In this document: piece after piece, positions 26,138 to 39,535 of the stretch
How the letters are laid out: each line of letters begins with the position of its first letter
Position numbering within the stretch: the stretch's first letter is position 1
Assembly (NCBI GenBank): GCA_965649765.1
Contig: OZ287755.1
Span: 59,024,001 to 59,088,000 of the forward strand
DNA length: 64,000 nucleotides
From: Bispira polyomma
Lineage: Eukaryota
Direction: 5' to 3'
Notes under the pieces: model-generated
The model's input: only the letters and a program-made list of their open reading frames with translations
The model's database searches: none
What the model was told of the DNA's origin: nothing
Made by a program: the position numbers and the translations under genes

Positions 26138-28052
26138 TTAAAGGCTTTGTCGAACAATCATAGCCAAGAACAGACTGCAATTCCATGCAATAACAATGCT
26201 ACTTTTGCTGCCTGGCAAACAAAATCACAATCCATATACACAATCATGTATGTATAGTGTACAGCATTGTATTACATAAGAGCAGATGGCTTTAGAGGTG
26301 GAACAGAGAACAGGATGGGTCAGTATTAATTGGGGAATCCTTTAGTGTAAACATAATTAATCTCTGCTAAAACATCAAGGGGGTCAGATTGGCCATTAGT
26401 TTACATTTAATCCCAGCAAACTGGATATTTTGTTTCATTTATGGGTTTTAGTTTGTGTGTAATATTACAAATCCAAATTTAATTTTCACTGGTAAAATTT
26501 TTCGAAACTACTCAGCCAAGTTAAGTAAAATACTTAAGCACTTAATAATTATTAATAGTAACGTTAAATTTCAGTTATGTTTCAGTGCACTGTAAGTATT
26601 TGGTATATATTCTTAACAGATCGCAAACTGAACTTAATAAGTATATACTTGAATACTTATTTTTTTAGACAGAGTATTATAGTAATTACTTTAACTTACT
26701 TTTGCAATGGTAAACTTCAGTCTTAATAAAGGTTCAGTCCATTTTAACTGTTTGCTATTTCAAGAGATAGCAAAATCGAATTATAAGTAGGCTTTTTAGC
26801 TGGAAGAAAGTTCCAATAATTAAGCATTTTTGGGATATCAATATTAATACAAGTTCACATTTTAACTGGAAATTGATTTTCACTATTCCTCACTGATCAA
26901 CTAAAATAGCCATAATTTAGTCTTAGTGGAAATTTGCACTTGTACATCATATGCCTAAATACTTATTTTTCACTGCCATTTTAAGTAGTGTCCTCCTCAA
27001 AGCCACTATCTTTCTAAAGCTAGTCACTCCAGGTAGGGATCGAACTCGGGTCCTTTATGTGTTATCCACAAAGACAAATATCTGTACTTTTTGAGGTATT
27101 TTAACACTGATATGTCTTACAAAGCTGAATAATGTTTTAATAAAAACTTATACTCATATTATTATTAATTGAACAAAAAGCCTACAATTACACTTATCAG
27201 CTGTAAAGTATCAATGTAGCATTTCACTTCGTGGTTGACAGGGGAAATGTAAAATGTAGATCCAGTACTTGTTTATTTGAATATTTTTTGTTAAAAGTTC
27301 ATGTATAGGGCAAGAGGTGAAAGGGGGAACACACTGTAAGCACGTGTCAGATAATTATGATAATATGTCTGGAGATATTAGTACTCCAACTTGGTATTTA
27401 CTTTTAAATGGGGGTTTCTGAAAGCCATTTTCTAGCTAGACTAACTTTACTTCTGGGGGGATATACAAAAACTCAGCGTCCTATTTCCTCCAGGCATGTT
27501 ACAAGTCTTAATGAGTGATGCTATGTACATTGGCTGGCGCCCAGAACAATGACCTTAAAAACAAGTCACATCTAGACAAAAGATTATGCATTTTTTTAAT
27601 TATGCAACAGTATATCAATACTGAGATGGTGAAGAAAACTCCTAAAATGCCTCAGCAGATGGTTGTAAATGAGTACATGTTTATAGTTGCTGTGTGAGAT
27701 TGATTTTGAAAGGCATTTTTCTGGTTGTGAAATAGTAATAGGCTGTTCATACTGGATGTTGATAAAGTCTGACAAATATCAGAACAGAGTATGCAAGCTT
27801 TAGCACTTGTCGAAATCCAGCAATAATTCTCTCTTGGGGTCGAAGGGGTTAATTTGCCGTTTTGCAGCAACAGAGCGGTTTCCATTCTCACAACTTCACA
27901 AATGTGTTGATGATATTTCTGCAGCATTAGTTCTTACTGACATGTGTAAAATAACTTATAACCTTTGTGTACGGCTATTGGATTAATCATTACAATATGG
28001 TAAGGCGATTGTATTTGTTATGTTATATATGTGGTCATGTCATATATGTTAT

Positions 28053-28655
28053 ACCTAGGTCTCATTTACTCAGATGGCCGTCACGCATGCACCACACATG
28101 TCTTTGTATCGGTCAGTAACAATATGGTTCAACTTAATTTCAGATTTGTCTACATTAGCAATGCTTTGGAACTGAGCATTAGTTGCACCGTCACAAAAGT
28201 TTTAAACTGTTCAAAACTGTTAGGGACGAATGCTAATTCATGAGAGTTTTTGTGGGGGGGGTGGGGGGAGGGATGCGGAGGGGTATACATCTTGAACGTT
28301 TCTAGTCAGTAGCAGTTTGTCATGGCTCGTTTCACGCTAGTGTTAATTAGTAGCAGTTAGTGACCTTTTATTAAGTGATGTATAAGTGGGGTATTCATTA
28401 TTGTTTGTTAGTTCTTCTTCATTTTTCATTACTAAGTGTTACTGAAGGTATGTGTCACTTCTGCGGCAGGGTGTATGTTACAGTTTTGTTTCAAACTCTT
28501 CTTAACTACATGGCAGTGTGACTGAATGGGGTGATTTTTTTTTTGGTGGTTGAGAGGGGGCGATGGTATGATCTATATGTGGCGTAACAGTCTGATCATA
28601 GCATAACCTGCTGCAACAAAAGGTCACGGATGCCATGTTTAAATGAGACCGGGCC
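28053..28655. mobile_element. Harbinger-like non-autonomous DNA transposon (copy 2)
   Basis: Ends CCTAGGTCTCATTTA / TAAATGAGACCGGGCC, collinear with 15426-16190. Confidence 0.75.
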
Positions 28656-29714
28656 TTTAAGGTTTTTTTTGCGAAGGCCACCCCACTCTATCGCGAGTGG
28701 CTATGATGAAAAGCCACACACACAAAAAAAGGGACAGACACCTCCGTCTATCAGCAGCACCTAAGTCATATAACCTACTTTAACAGCACATAAACTAGTG
28801 GAATTATACTGAGAAAAGACACACAATCGACACAGCACAGATGCAACCATCCTTGTGGTTTGGGCTGCTGCTGTTGCAAGATAGAGAGAAAGAGAGAGAA
28901 TAGAAAGGGAAAAACTATTGGAAAAATGCCTGTATTTATATTGTACCAAGGAGTCAACATGTTGTGGGTATAGAATTTTTTAACACACATTTTCTTTTAT
29001 TTGCAGAAAAATACAGACAAAATGTAGATATATATATATATATATATTTATTGGGAAAAGTTTTCTTTTTTATGTTCTTCATATGAAAAGAAGAATGTTG
29101 TGTATTAGATGATACTAAGAAAATTGACTTTGAATTGAAAATCATTGCTATCTTCATTGATTTGTTTTAAGTGTGAGACACACACACACAAACACAGATA
29201 TCTTGTGCTGTGTTGTTGATTTTATTTTTATTTAATAAACAATAGTGTGATACCGTGTGTGTGTGTGTATGTGTGTGTGTATCTGAGAACATTTACAAAG
29301 TATGATTTATTCGTTGTGTCGTGGTTTATGGGATTGAAAAGATAAAAAGGATTTCTTTGTTGAAAACTGTTTTTTTTTTAAATTTGTTTCCTTCTGGGGT
29401 CTGTTTGTGTCTCCCGTAATCTCATCTAGTGGGTATGTACACAACATACACACATATAGAGGCACAGAACAACAGATAAGGTAAATACTACTATAAATAG
29501 ATCTACAAAGTATCAATGCTCTAATAAGTGTAGTCTCTAATGCCAAGGTCAGACATTCAAGGTTTGGGCCGAAGTTATGTTATCATAAACAAGAATAGTC
29601 TTTAAAAAAAGGCACGTCGAAAGGAAGATCAAGGCCTGTTTTGTGTGAGTCTATTATACACGAATGGCACAGACAGTTGTTATTAGTATTACTTCAAACT
29701 ATAATTAATACACC

Positions 29715-29945
29715 AAGGCGGCAATCTTAAAAAGTAGTTCTTCTTACAATCACAGCATTAAGGCGTTTTGTGTTATACTTGGAAATTAATTTAGCATAAG
29801 ATATATTAGTACGCCACTCCCCTGTCCATTGAATTGTAGAATCTAAATTATCGATTTCACTGGACACAGTGCAGCCATCTTGAAAGTAGTTCTTTCTACT
29901 ATCACAGCATTATAGCTTGGTGTTATATTCTTAGAGACTTTGCAT
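29715..29945. repeat. Two diverged direct repeats about 155 bp apart (likely Helentron-type internal repeats)
   Basis: GCGGCAATCTTAAAAAGTAGTTCTTCTTACAATCACAGCATTA and GCAGCCATCTTGAAAGTAGTTCTTTCTACTATCACAGCATTA. Confidence 0.65.
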
Positions 29946-31744
29946 CAGGTATTCATATGTCCAAATCCAACATAGCCGCTACCTGGCCACTACATTTATA
30001 GAATGGTTGTAATTTTTGCAATAAACTGACATTCTAGGCCCTATTGAAATGTATATATATGAGAAGGCCTCTATGTAACATATTATCTGAAAAAGACAAA
30101 ACATCAGAGAGACGACTGTGTCAAACAAATAATACAGAGGGCGTTAGTACCTATGTTATCGGCAAGCAGTTAATGGCATTTTTTATTGCACGAACCTGTG
30201 TCGATCGGTAAGCAGTCAACACCCCCAAAAAATATTATTTTTTTTTCTTTAGTGTAAAAATAATACTTTATTCAATGCCGGAAGTAGTCTGTGGTGTGTG
30301 TTTCAGTGAGTCTAGCTAACTGAATCTTATTCTCGACTTACAGATTGATACTAGGTTTCTGGCAGGATATACTATTCACTCATTAGCCATATCGTCTGCC
30401 TCTGTGTGACCTAGTAGGTAACCCCCTCGCTTAGGAACACAGAGGACCTTGGTTCCATCCGAGCCTGTAGCGACCAGCTACGGGAAGATACAAAGATACA
30501 TACCACTTAAAGTTGGTGAGTTTCCTCTATCATTTGGGTCCCATCTCCCAGTGATAGGCTGAAGAAACCCTCAGGAGGTTGATAGAAATGGAGTCATCCT
30601 CAAATCTATCGCTCTTTAGAATGATAGTTCAACCGTGCTAGTTAGTTGTTGGTAGTTACGAAAAGGTTAATTAGTGCTTTCGTATACCAGAGAAAAAGAA
30701 GGTAGATAAATGTGGTGTAATATATAAATTTGAATACAATACAAAAAAAAAAAAAATATTTAAAAATGAAGCATTTTAGCAAAATCAATCTAAAATGACA
30801 AAAACTAGAGACAGGCTTGTCAAGCAAAGATTCTTTATTGACAGAGATAGATTTGTAGCTCTAGATTTTGAAGTAAGTTGGGGTTTTTGTTCTTGTAATA
30901 AATGACCTGTTTGTCAAAATTATGCTTACTCTTCTTAGAGAGGATCATAGTGTTATTATGTCTTCTGATAAAAAAGGGTACAATATGTACATATGTACAC
31001 ACAAGAATATCTATAGCTAACATAGTGAGCTAAAAAAAATTAAGTATATGACATTTGGTACAGTTTTAAGAGCAAGGGATCGAGAGGTGGGAGGAATTAT
31101 ACTGTAGTGTAGGTACAGTAATATACTTGCATTTTGCAAAGAATTTAGTTTTACGTTACGTTCACTTTCTAAGTGACGTCATGGAAATACTATGACATTG
31201 GGCTACCAAAACTGCCGTCATTAAAATATTATTATTATGTTGTTGTGACGTTTCACATTACCAAAAAGTCCCACAATCAGCGACTTTTATTAAGAATCTG
31301 GATTGTAAGTTGAACTATTGTTTCTAGAGTCTAACGATTCCATCAATACCAATAAATAGTGGTCCTAAAACGTCTGTAACCCCTTAAACAAATGCATGCA
31401 TTATTATTGAAGGAAGAAGCCAATTCGAAGAAGGTATAATTCTATTTAATTTTACCGCAATTGGAGGCGTAGTACCACAAAGGCGTAGTCATTAAATTTG
31501 ACCATCGTGACATGACCTAAGCTGTTGAAAGCTGTTAAAAACCCAATGAAATTTAAATTCTAGATATATAATTAATAGTGATAGACCGATCTGTTGAAAA
31601 CTGGGGCATTTACCAGTAAATGGTACTAAGAAAACAAACAAGATGGGATGGATCCCCGCCTGGGAGTGACAAGGTACAGGCATATGTTTATAGTGACTTG
31701 GATGACTACTGGTAAATGTGTGTATGTCTATTGTGTGATATCAC

Positions 31745-32041
31745 CTCTATTGAGGTATGAGCCAACTTTACAGTGTACACCCCCAGCCAGGGTTTTTTAC
31801 ACTTGTCAACTAACTATTCAGTCTCAGCTCTCTCAGGAAGAATATTACCTATGTTGTCACATACGGCGCACAAAGCCTAACACCCATTAGCCGCCAGGTA
31901 CCCATTTATACACCTACGTAGACAGGTACAACTTTGTGTAAAGCACCTTGGCCAAAGGTACAATCTCCAGGCTTGCAGCGAGGATCGAACCAGGACTCTC
32001 AGATCACTCAGATCCAAAGTCTGACTCTCTAACCGCTAGAC
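31745..32041 (-). mobile_element. SINE family B
   Basis: Reverse-complement match to 1110-1400, with B-box GGTTCGATCC. Confidence 0.82.
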
Positions 32042-32129
32042 TTAACATGGGGTTCCTCTGACATTGGGTTCTATCTCCAGTGATAGGCTAAAGATCCCTG
32101 GGAACGATGATAAATGGTGCCACCCTGAA

Positions 32130-32221
32130 CCCATATTCACGAAGGGTCTTAGCCAAGCTTTAGGCTTAAATTTAGCAAGAAAGTATACTGAGACTTGGCT
32201 AAGACCCTTCGTGAATATGGG
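32130..32221. mobile_element. 92-bp fold-back MITE inside SINE C
   Basis: Perfect 28-bp TIR CCCATATTCACGAAGGGTCTTAGCCAAG at 32130-32157 and 32194-32221. Confidence 0.88.
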
Positions 32222-34068
32222 ATAGTTTATCTCTCCAGTTAAGTCGTGAATGACAGTTACTGGTGCTGGATGGCTGTATTTGGACAATCAAGAAAGGGTT
32301 AATATGTAATTTGAATACTAGATTAAGTAAGGAAGATACATTTGCTCTGAGCATAAACTTGAACACAATACAATATAATTACATCTAGATCAGGATAAAT
32401 ATGTAACTGGAAATTACCCAGTGACTCAGAACCATGGTTGCCCAGTGGTTAAGAGCATCCATGGCATAACCACTGGCCTCTAATCAATGTGGGTTTAAAT
32501 CTTTTTTTTTTTTCAATTTTCTTTCTTTTTTTTTTAGTATACATTGTAATATTACAATTATAGACAACAGGCGAGTTACAATTATTTACATTTCCTTTCC
32601 AATACAACATAAGTATAACAATAAAAAAAATACATATATATATATATTAAACAAATAGGTTACACACCTGCAGATATTTGAGTACTTTTGTACACGCCTA
32701 CAAATATATATAATACATACGAAATATATGTGCTCTTAGAAGATTATCAAAATTATAAGTACAAATTGAGTAAACAAGTAAATTTCATTGTTATTTGTTA
32801 AAATAATTTACATTAACACTAAAGATATAAATATATACTACAACTGGTAACTTTTTCAAGGGGTTGAGTTTTTATACTTAGGTGTATAATCATTTTAAAT
32901 TCCTCAAAAAAGTGATTGCAAAAACTGCATTTTTTTTTTTCAAATATATCAGATGCTGAAGTGATCTCAGAAACACATTTTTTTTTTATAATTGTTTATA
33001 AAGAGAAAATATATTCAAGTATTTTTTTTTCTTTGAACAGCAGTAAATATAATATATTGTGTATAAAGAACAAAATTTAGAGGCCAAAGTTTTCATCTGG
33101 AGTAAAGTACCAGAGAATCTTTATGATGTCGTAAAACCCAACATTATTATTTAGCTTTCTATAGATCTACTGCTTAATATTTTTCTAGAGATCTACTACT
33201 TTGGAACGTTTAAATTTTGTCCGTTCCTTCGTGTAAGAATGTTTGTCAGGTACTGGCTGTAGGCCACTGGTTTCCTCCACTGTTAAGTCGGGTCCCTCCC
33301 TGTACAGACACCCACATCCTTCCTTATGACCTAGCTATGTTTTGCGGAATTCTCAATTGGTTAAGTTGATTCTGTTGGTGCGCTCTAAAGGATGCCTCGC
33401 ATCAATAAGGCAAGTTAAAAATGCAAAAAAATGAAGCAGAATACAATAATTGTTGATTTAAACTTTCTCTGTAGAATTTTAAATAACCAATAGACCATAT
33501 AGACTGTATACTACTAACACCAGCAAGAACAATCTAATTCCATCTGTGACTTGCTTTATGGCAAATAAATAATGGAAAACAGAGTGTAAAATACCATTAA
33601 TATGTTGTAAAGCAAATGTAATTACATCGAAGGTAAACAGCAATTAGAATGGTATCAGAATCTATACTTTCAGCTTTTCACAACAAAACTGACCATTAAT
33701 GTGTATAATTAACCCTTTTGCCACTGAGAAAACTAGTATTCCTGTGAACTGAAGGGAAATTCAGTGCTTGTAGATATAGTAATATAATCATTTTAACAAA
33801 TAATTCGGCAGTACTAACAATGTTGCAAATAAGAGCGACTGAAGGGAAGTAAACTAATAAATTATGGGGTTTCAAATGCTTGCCGACAGACATAGTTTCT
33901 GCCAAAAACAATCACTGTCGCCTGCTAGCCGACAATATGATTTTCACGAGGGTTTAGTTATGTATAGCCACTATAGTATATTTCATATGAAAACTTTAAG
34001 ATTTTGCTCTTTTATGCAATAATTAAGAGATATATACCATTTCGTAGTAATTATATAATTAAAAAAAA

Positions 34069-34247
34069 NNNNNNNNNNNNNNNNNNNNNNNNNNNNNNNN
34101 NNNNNNNNNNNNNNNNNNNNNNNNNNNNNNNNNNNNNNNNNNNNNNNNNNNNNNNNNNNNNNNNNNNNNNNNNNNNNNNNNNNNNNNNNNNNNNNNNNNN
34201 NNNNNNNNNNNNNNNNNNNNNNNNNNNNNNNNNNNNNNNNNNNNNNN
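34069..34247. other. Assembly gap
   Basis: Run of N. Confidence 1.
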
Positions 34248-34619
34248 ACACAGTGTTGCTTCTGTGTTGCTTCTGTGCAGTTTTCGAAAAAATATCTACA
34301 CAATATTTAAAGCTGACTCATGAGTCCAGTGTATTTCCAACTCTCTATACATTGTGAAAGACATCTTACTATAGATATGCAAAGTATTAGTCTGTAGTAG
34401 TAATTGGTTGTATGGTATGACACCTCCCCCTGTCCCCCCTCTCCCTCTGTCCCCCCCCCCTTCTCCTAAGACCAGTAATTAGTCACTAGAAGTGAGTGGA
34501 GTAGTGTAGGGGGGTTTAATGTTCTACTCCACACTTTAACAGAGGTGAGAGACTTATGTTACTTGACAATGACTCAATAAATTAATGCACAGCTGTGATG
34601 GGAAGAGAAAAACCTACAC

Positions 34620-34795
34620 TACGACTTCCGTCGATGCCTATGTGGGAAAGGTGGTACTTCCTTACTGTGGGCCGCTGGTTTGTCTGCAGAACCTTGATCA
34701 GCTGTATGCAGTGTTTCCTCCAGCATTTCCAACTACCCGTCCCAATATAACCTAAACAGGTACTAAGGTGGACTTTAAATATCCCAATTCAATTT
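34620..34795 (+). mobile_element. SINE family A, 5'-truncated
   Basis: Matches the body and 3' end of 2110-2275. Confidence 0.88.
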
Positions 34796-35716
34796 AATTC
34801 TCTGGTTTATCTCATTCAACTCCATGAAGCCCTATAGCAATGCAACATGAAGAGCTGGTTGTCTATTCATTGTTATATATATCTCTGATGATGTGAACAC
34901 ATTGATGACTGAAGTATGAATGAGCCAATGTTCGAAAATGCACGCTTTCATATACCATTTATAGCATCTCCTCCAGTCGGAGACCAACCTTCTACCACCT
35001 CCCATCACCGAAGAATAACATTATATGGCCGTTTACAGCCGTGGCTCTTCTGAGGCCTTATTCTAGCCAACCTTGCAAGTACCTCATATAACCTGATCTC
35101 AGCCATGTCAACCTGTTAGGCTACCTGGAGACGGTGTATTAATGTCAGGTCATATCAGCCAGTTAGTGACATTTGCAATTTGCAGTTAGTGGACACTTAC
35201 ATCTATATATCAAACAAAACTCTAATGAAGTAAGGATGAGAATTTAACCTTTGCAAGTGTTCAACTTTAAAGCATATAACTCATTTCCACCCTGTGGAAT
35301 GGGGGGCCAGAACTTTCTGAGGACAGTGTAACTATTGCATCTGTTAAACTGTGGATCAATAATTTGGTGTACTGCTAAACTCAAAATGCAGAAAATTTGG
35401 AACAGAAGTTTAGTGAAAAAATTGCTACTTGTTTATTACATATAATATAGAAAAACATCAAACCTTTTATATTTCATATTTACCGATCAAACTGAGTTTC
35501 AGAATCAATTTCTGATACAAATGAAGCAACTGAGGCAAAAAAGTGCCTCAAAGCTTAGCAATTTTTTTTTTAAAACAGCCACAAGACTCATGAAGTTTTG
35601 CTTCCTTAAGGATTCGATTTCAATATTTTTTTTAAAACACTTTATCTGTCATTGTTTTTTTTAAAATTGTAATTCTTTAAATAAAGTGTTTAATGGAAGT
35701 TTAAATAACATAGGAT

Positions 35717-36105
35717 NNNNNNNNNNNNNNNNNNNNNNNNNNNNNNNNNNNNNNNNNNNNNNNNNNNNNNNNNNNNNNNNNNNNNNNNNNNNNNNNNNNN
35801 NNNNNNNNNNNNNNNNNNNNNNNNNNNNNNNNNNNNNNNNNNNNNNNNNNNNNNNNNNNNNNNNNNNNNNNNNNNNNNNNNNNNNNNNNNNNNNNNNNNN
35901 NNNNNNNNNNNNNNNNNNNNNNNNNNNNNNNNNNNNNNNNNNNNNNNNNNNNNNNNNNNNNNNNNNNNNNNNNNNNNNNNNNNNNNNNNNNNNNNNNNNN
36001 NNNNNNNNNNNNNNNNNNNNNNNNNNNNNNNNNNNNNNNNNNNNNNNNNNNNNNNNNNNNNNNNNNNNNNNNNNNNNNNNNNNNNNNNNNNNNNNNNNNN
36101 NNNNN
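35717..36105. other. Assembly gap
   Basis: Run of N. Confidence 1.
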
Positions 36106-37380
36106 AACATGTCAAATTTTAAATTTTAATTGTAAAGACATATGTTCTTTTATATGATAAGAGCACCAGATGACCTTTTCACATTATGACAGGTGACTTG
36201 GTGAATGTGTTGAGAGAGTGTTAGGTACTAAAATAACTACACTGTAATGTATTTGAATGACTTGTTATTGAAGTGCAAGCTATTGAAGTGGCATTTGTAA
36301 GGTGCAGTATTCAGATCATTGGGTGTGTCATGCATCTTTAATTGATGTGTAATGTTACAATGAAACCTCAGTTTAATGTTAGCTTTTTAATTCTAGTCTC
36401 TTTTTAATTTCTAGCCTTGTCCTTGACTGTTCATGTACAGCCAACTAGCACCAATAACTGTCATTCATTCTAATTGAAGATAGAGGCTTGAGAATGACAC
36501 CATTTATATATCAACATGTCCTCAAGGTTATTTAGCCCTGCCATTTGAGGGATAGAACCGAATAACAGAGGACACTGTCATTTTAAGTGTCCATCCCCTG
36601 CACCGCTATCTAACCTCTAATAGCCTTACCAGGGGAGATCCCATCTCTGTTTCCTGAACCTGACCAAATACGAAAATTTACAGGCACTGCTTTGCTGTCA
36701 CGGCTTCTGTAGAATTCGAACAAACTCCCACAGACATCAGATCACAGGAGCTCAAAACTTACCTTTTTCAAACTGGGCCTAGATTGTGTACTGTTTACAA
36801 TTGAGGGGAATTAAGGGTTTTGTTCAAACATATGTTTTGGATGTATTTAATCATGAATTTCAAATGCAATTCGTTTGTCTACACAAACAAAAGTTACACA
36901 CACAGATTCAATAATTCATACACAATCTGACCCAGATCAACTAATCTGGCCACAAACTCCCAATTGTGTACAATTTTCATCAATTTTCGTCATCACACCC
37001 ACAGAAAAAAAAACTACTTAATGTTGTACAAGCCACATGAAGTATTTTCTCCCTAGAGGGCTCAAGCATTTTACTTTTTGTGTTTTTTTCACACATTTGC
37101 AAGTTCTCACGTGGATTTTGTTAAACTCCTTCCCTATCTGAATTCGCTATGGGGTTTTCTCCCTAATTATACAACTCTTCCTTGAGCATTAGCTAAATCT
37201 CCCTCAAACACACTTTTCCCCCTATTGCAAATCTTTAATTCTTAAACCTTTCTTCTTTGTCACAATGTAAAATACATAATTGACTAACACTCCGGTGTTA
37301 GCCTGGAATAAGGCTCTAGGTATTACTATCATATTAGTGTCTTTATTTTGCATGAAATGAACTTAAATATCTCACATGTA

Positions 37381-38001
37381 CAGGGGGGGACAGCAATTCG
37401 TGGTGGACAGCATTTCGCCATTAATATGGTTATTATACCTAATCACTGTATAATTTCTATTTTAAAGTAATTATTTTCACATTATTATATTTATATAACA
37501 TACACATGCCTACACCACAAATATATAGAATACTGTCTGCCTAAATTGATTTTAAATGAAGTTAAAGTACCAACATAGCTAAATAAACAGTGGTACTGCA
37601 CAAAATTTGAGGTTGATGATTAGACAGCACTAATGATTGGCTATTGGGCTGTATTGGTTTTTTTTCTGTTTCTCATATTATGTATCGCTTACATCATCTA
37701 TTTCATAATATAATTATTATTATTAATAAAAGTTATAGGTAATATTTTAATCTAAATATTTACTATTGTTTGAAAATGGTGAAATGCTGTCCACTTCTAA
37801 TCTACCTTAACCCAGTGACTTTAGTTTCTAACTTGTGGTTAAAATTCATCAGAAGTACCTTAATGTATCTGGATAATAGTCAGATTTATATGCAATGGAA
37901 CGACCTCCACAAATTACCAGTGAATTGCCTCAACATTATTTACTTTTGCTCATATTTGTTAAATTTCCGTGAATTTCGAGCGAATCGCTGTCCCCCTCCT
38001 G
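37381..38001. mobile_element. Tc1/mariner-type non-autonomous element
   Basis: TA|CAGGGGGGGACAGCAATTCG ... CGAATCGCTGTCCCCCTCCTG|TA, plus an internal IR GTGGACAGCATTTCGCCATT / AATGGTGAAATGCTGTCCAC. Confidence 0.8.
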
Positions 38002-38020
38002 TACACATTGCATCTGACAC

Positions 38021-39090
38021 CGGGGCTGTCGTATTCACAAACATTCTTATAATACAATAATTCTTAGAGAATTTTTTAATCAATTTTTTTCAAAATAATT
38101 TTTCAGCCAATCAAATTGTTTGAGACAAAAATGTGTAAGAATCTAATCTAATCTAATCTAGTCGTACTTTTATAGCGCTTAATCTTTGTACAACAAATTC
38201 AAAGGTGCAACAAACCCAAAACGTTAATCGAAAATCAAAAATAGTGGGCGGATGGAAGTCGTAACCAGGGAGACTACCGTAAATGGTTGCGACGGCTAAG
38301 GTGAAAAGCATGTTCAAAAAGATAGGCCTTCAGCTTACTCCTGAAAGAGGAGAAAGTTTGAGCCAGGCGAACATGATCAGGTAGGCTGTTCCAAATGAGG
38401 GGGCCATCATGAGCTTTGGATTTGTGAATGCGAGGGTCGAAAGTGGGAATGTTAAGGTATAATTTATCAGGCTTACTGCGCCTTGTCCTGACTGAGCATG
38501 TATATTTGGATAGATGGGGGCTAAAATAAGTGGGTAATCCAGAATTTAGAAATTTATATATTATTGTTGCTGTTTTGAAAGCAACACAATATTTTATTGG
38601 GAGCCAGTGCAGTGACTTGAGTACAAGAGTAATGTGGGAAAATTTAGAAGTTTTGGTCACAATACGTGCCAACGAGTGTTGGATATTCTGAAGGCGTCTG
38701 AGATCACTACGAGATAAGGAACAGAACAAAGAGTTGCAGTAATCAAGCCTGCTGCTGACCAGAGCATTGGCAACAGTGATTGCAGTGGATTTGGAAAGAT
38801 AGCGTCGAATCCGCCTGAAATCATGGAGGCCAACAAAATATGATCTACATACCGCTGCGACATCGTTAGAGAAGGAGAATTCAGAGTCGAACACCACACC
38901 CAGGTTTCGTACTTTGTCAGCCGTAGAAAACCTGCTGCCAAGAATGTCAAGTGGAAAACAACAGGACAATTTTTCCCGTTGCGACTTGGAGCCAAACAAA
39001 ATAAACTCAGTCTTCTCAGGGTCCAGCTTGAGTTTATTTGCTGCCATCCAGTGTTGAATAAGAATGTTAGTTTGTGAATATCAGACCCCG
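38021..39090. mobile_element. Fold-back MITE split by the L2 insertion
   Basis: The left end CGGGGCTGTCGTATTCACAAACATTCTTAT and right end ATAAGAATGTTAGTTTGTGAATATCAGACCCCG are inverted repeats flanking the LINE. Confidence 0.8.
38141..39056 (-). mobile_element. 5'-truncated copy of the same L2 family
   Basis: Reverse complement of about 10267-11205, including the (TAGAT)n tail. ORF 38274-39047 matches the ORF2 C-terminus with a 7-aa deletion. Confidence 0.95.
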
Positions 39091-39208
39091 TTATTAGCAA
39101 CTAGTTCTGACAAGCATATAAGGTGTATCTTCTAATAAATCTTTGATATATACATAGCTTGTGGTATCCTGGCGAGTGGTATCCTTATGGCTAGGGAGTT
39201 GACTTTTG

Positions 39209-39535
39209 TATCAGAAGTTCTCTGGTTTTAGTCTTGACTGGGGTATTGCTATATAAGAAGTTTATGGTTTGAGTCTTGACTGGAGGTGTTGTTATATCAG
39301 AAGTTCCTCGTTTTGAGTCTTGACTGGAGGTGTTGTATTATCAGAAGTTCCCCAGTTGAGTCTTGGCTGGAGGTGTTGTATTATCAGAAGTTCCCCAGTT
39401 TTAGTCTTGACTGGAGGTGTTGCTATATAAGAATTTTCCCAGTTTGAGTCTTGACTGAGAATGGCTATATCAGAAGTTCATGGTTTGAGTCTTGACTGGG
39501 GGTGGTGCACTATCAGGAGGTTTCCCAGTTTGACT
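39209..39535. repeat. About 43-bp minisatellite, about 7-8 diverged units
   Basis: Unit approximately ATCAGAAGTTCCCCAGTTTGAGTCTTGACTGGAGGTGTTGTATT. Confidence 0.9.

Noticed and set aside
26480-26990. Possible CACT-ended DNA transposon (also about 18255-18660) and Kolobok-like ends (about 2778, 31387)
   Set aside because: I could not pair the termini or find TSDs convincingly by eye.
27490-27940. Short ORFs and clustered AACAAT/ATTATGCA motifs
   Set aside because: There is no protein similarity or splice support, and short motifs are expected by chance in AT-rich DNA.
33983-36129. Long ORFs containing X
   Set aside because: They span N gaps.
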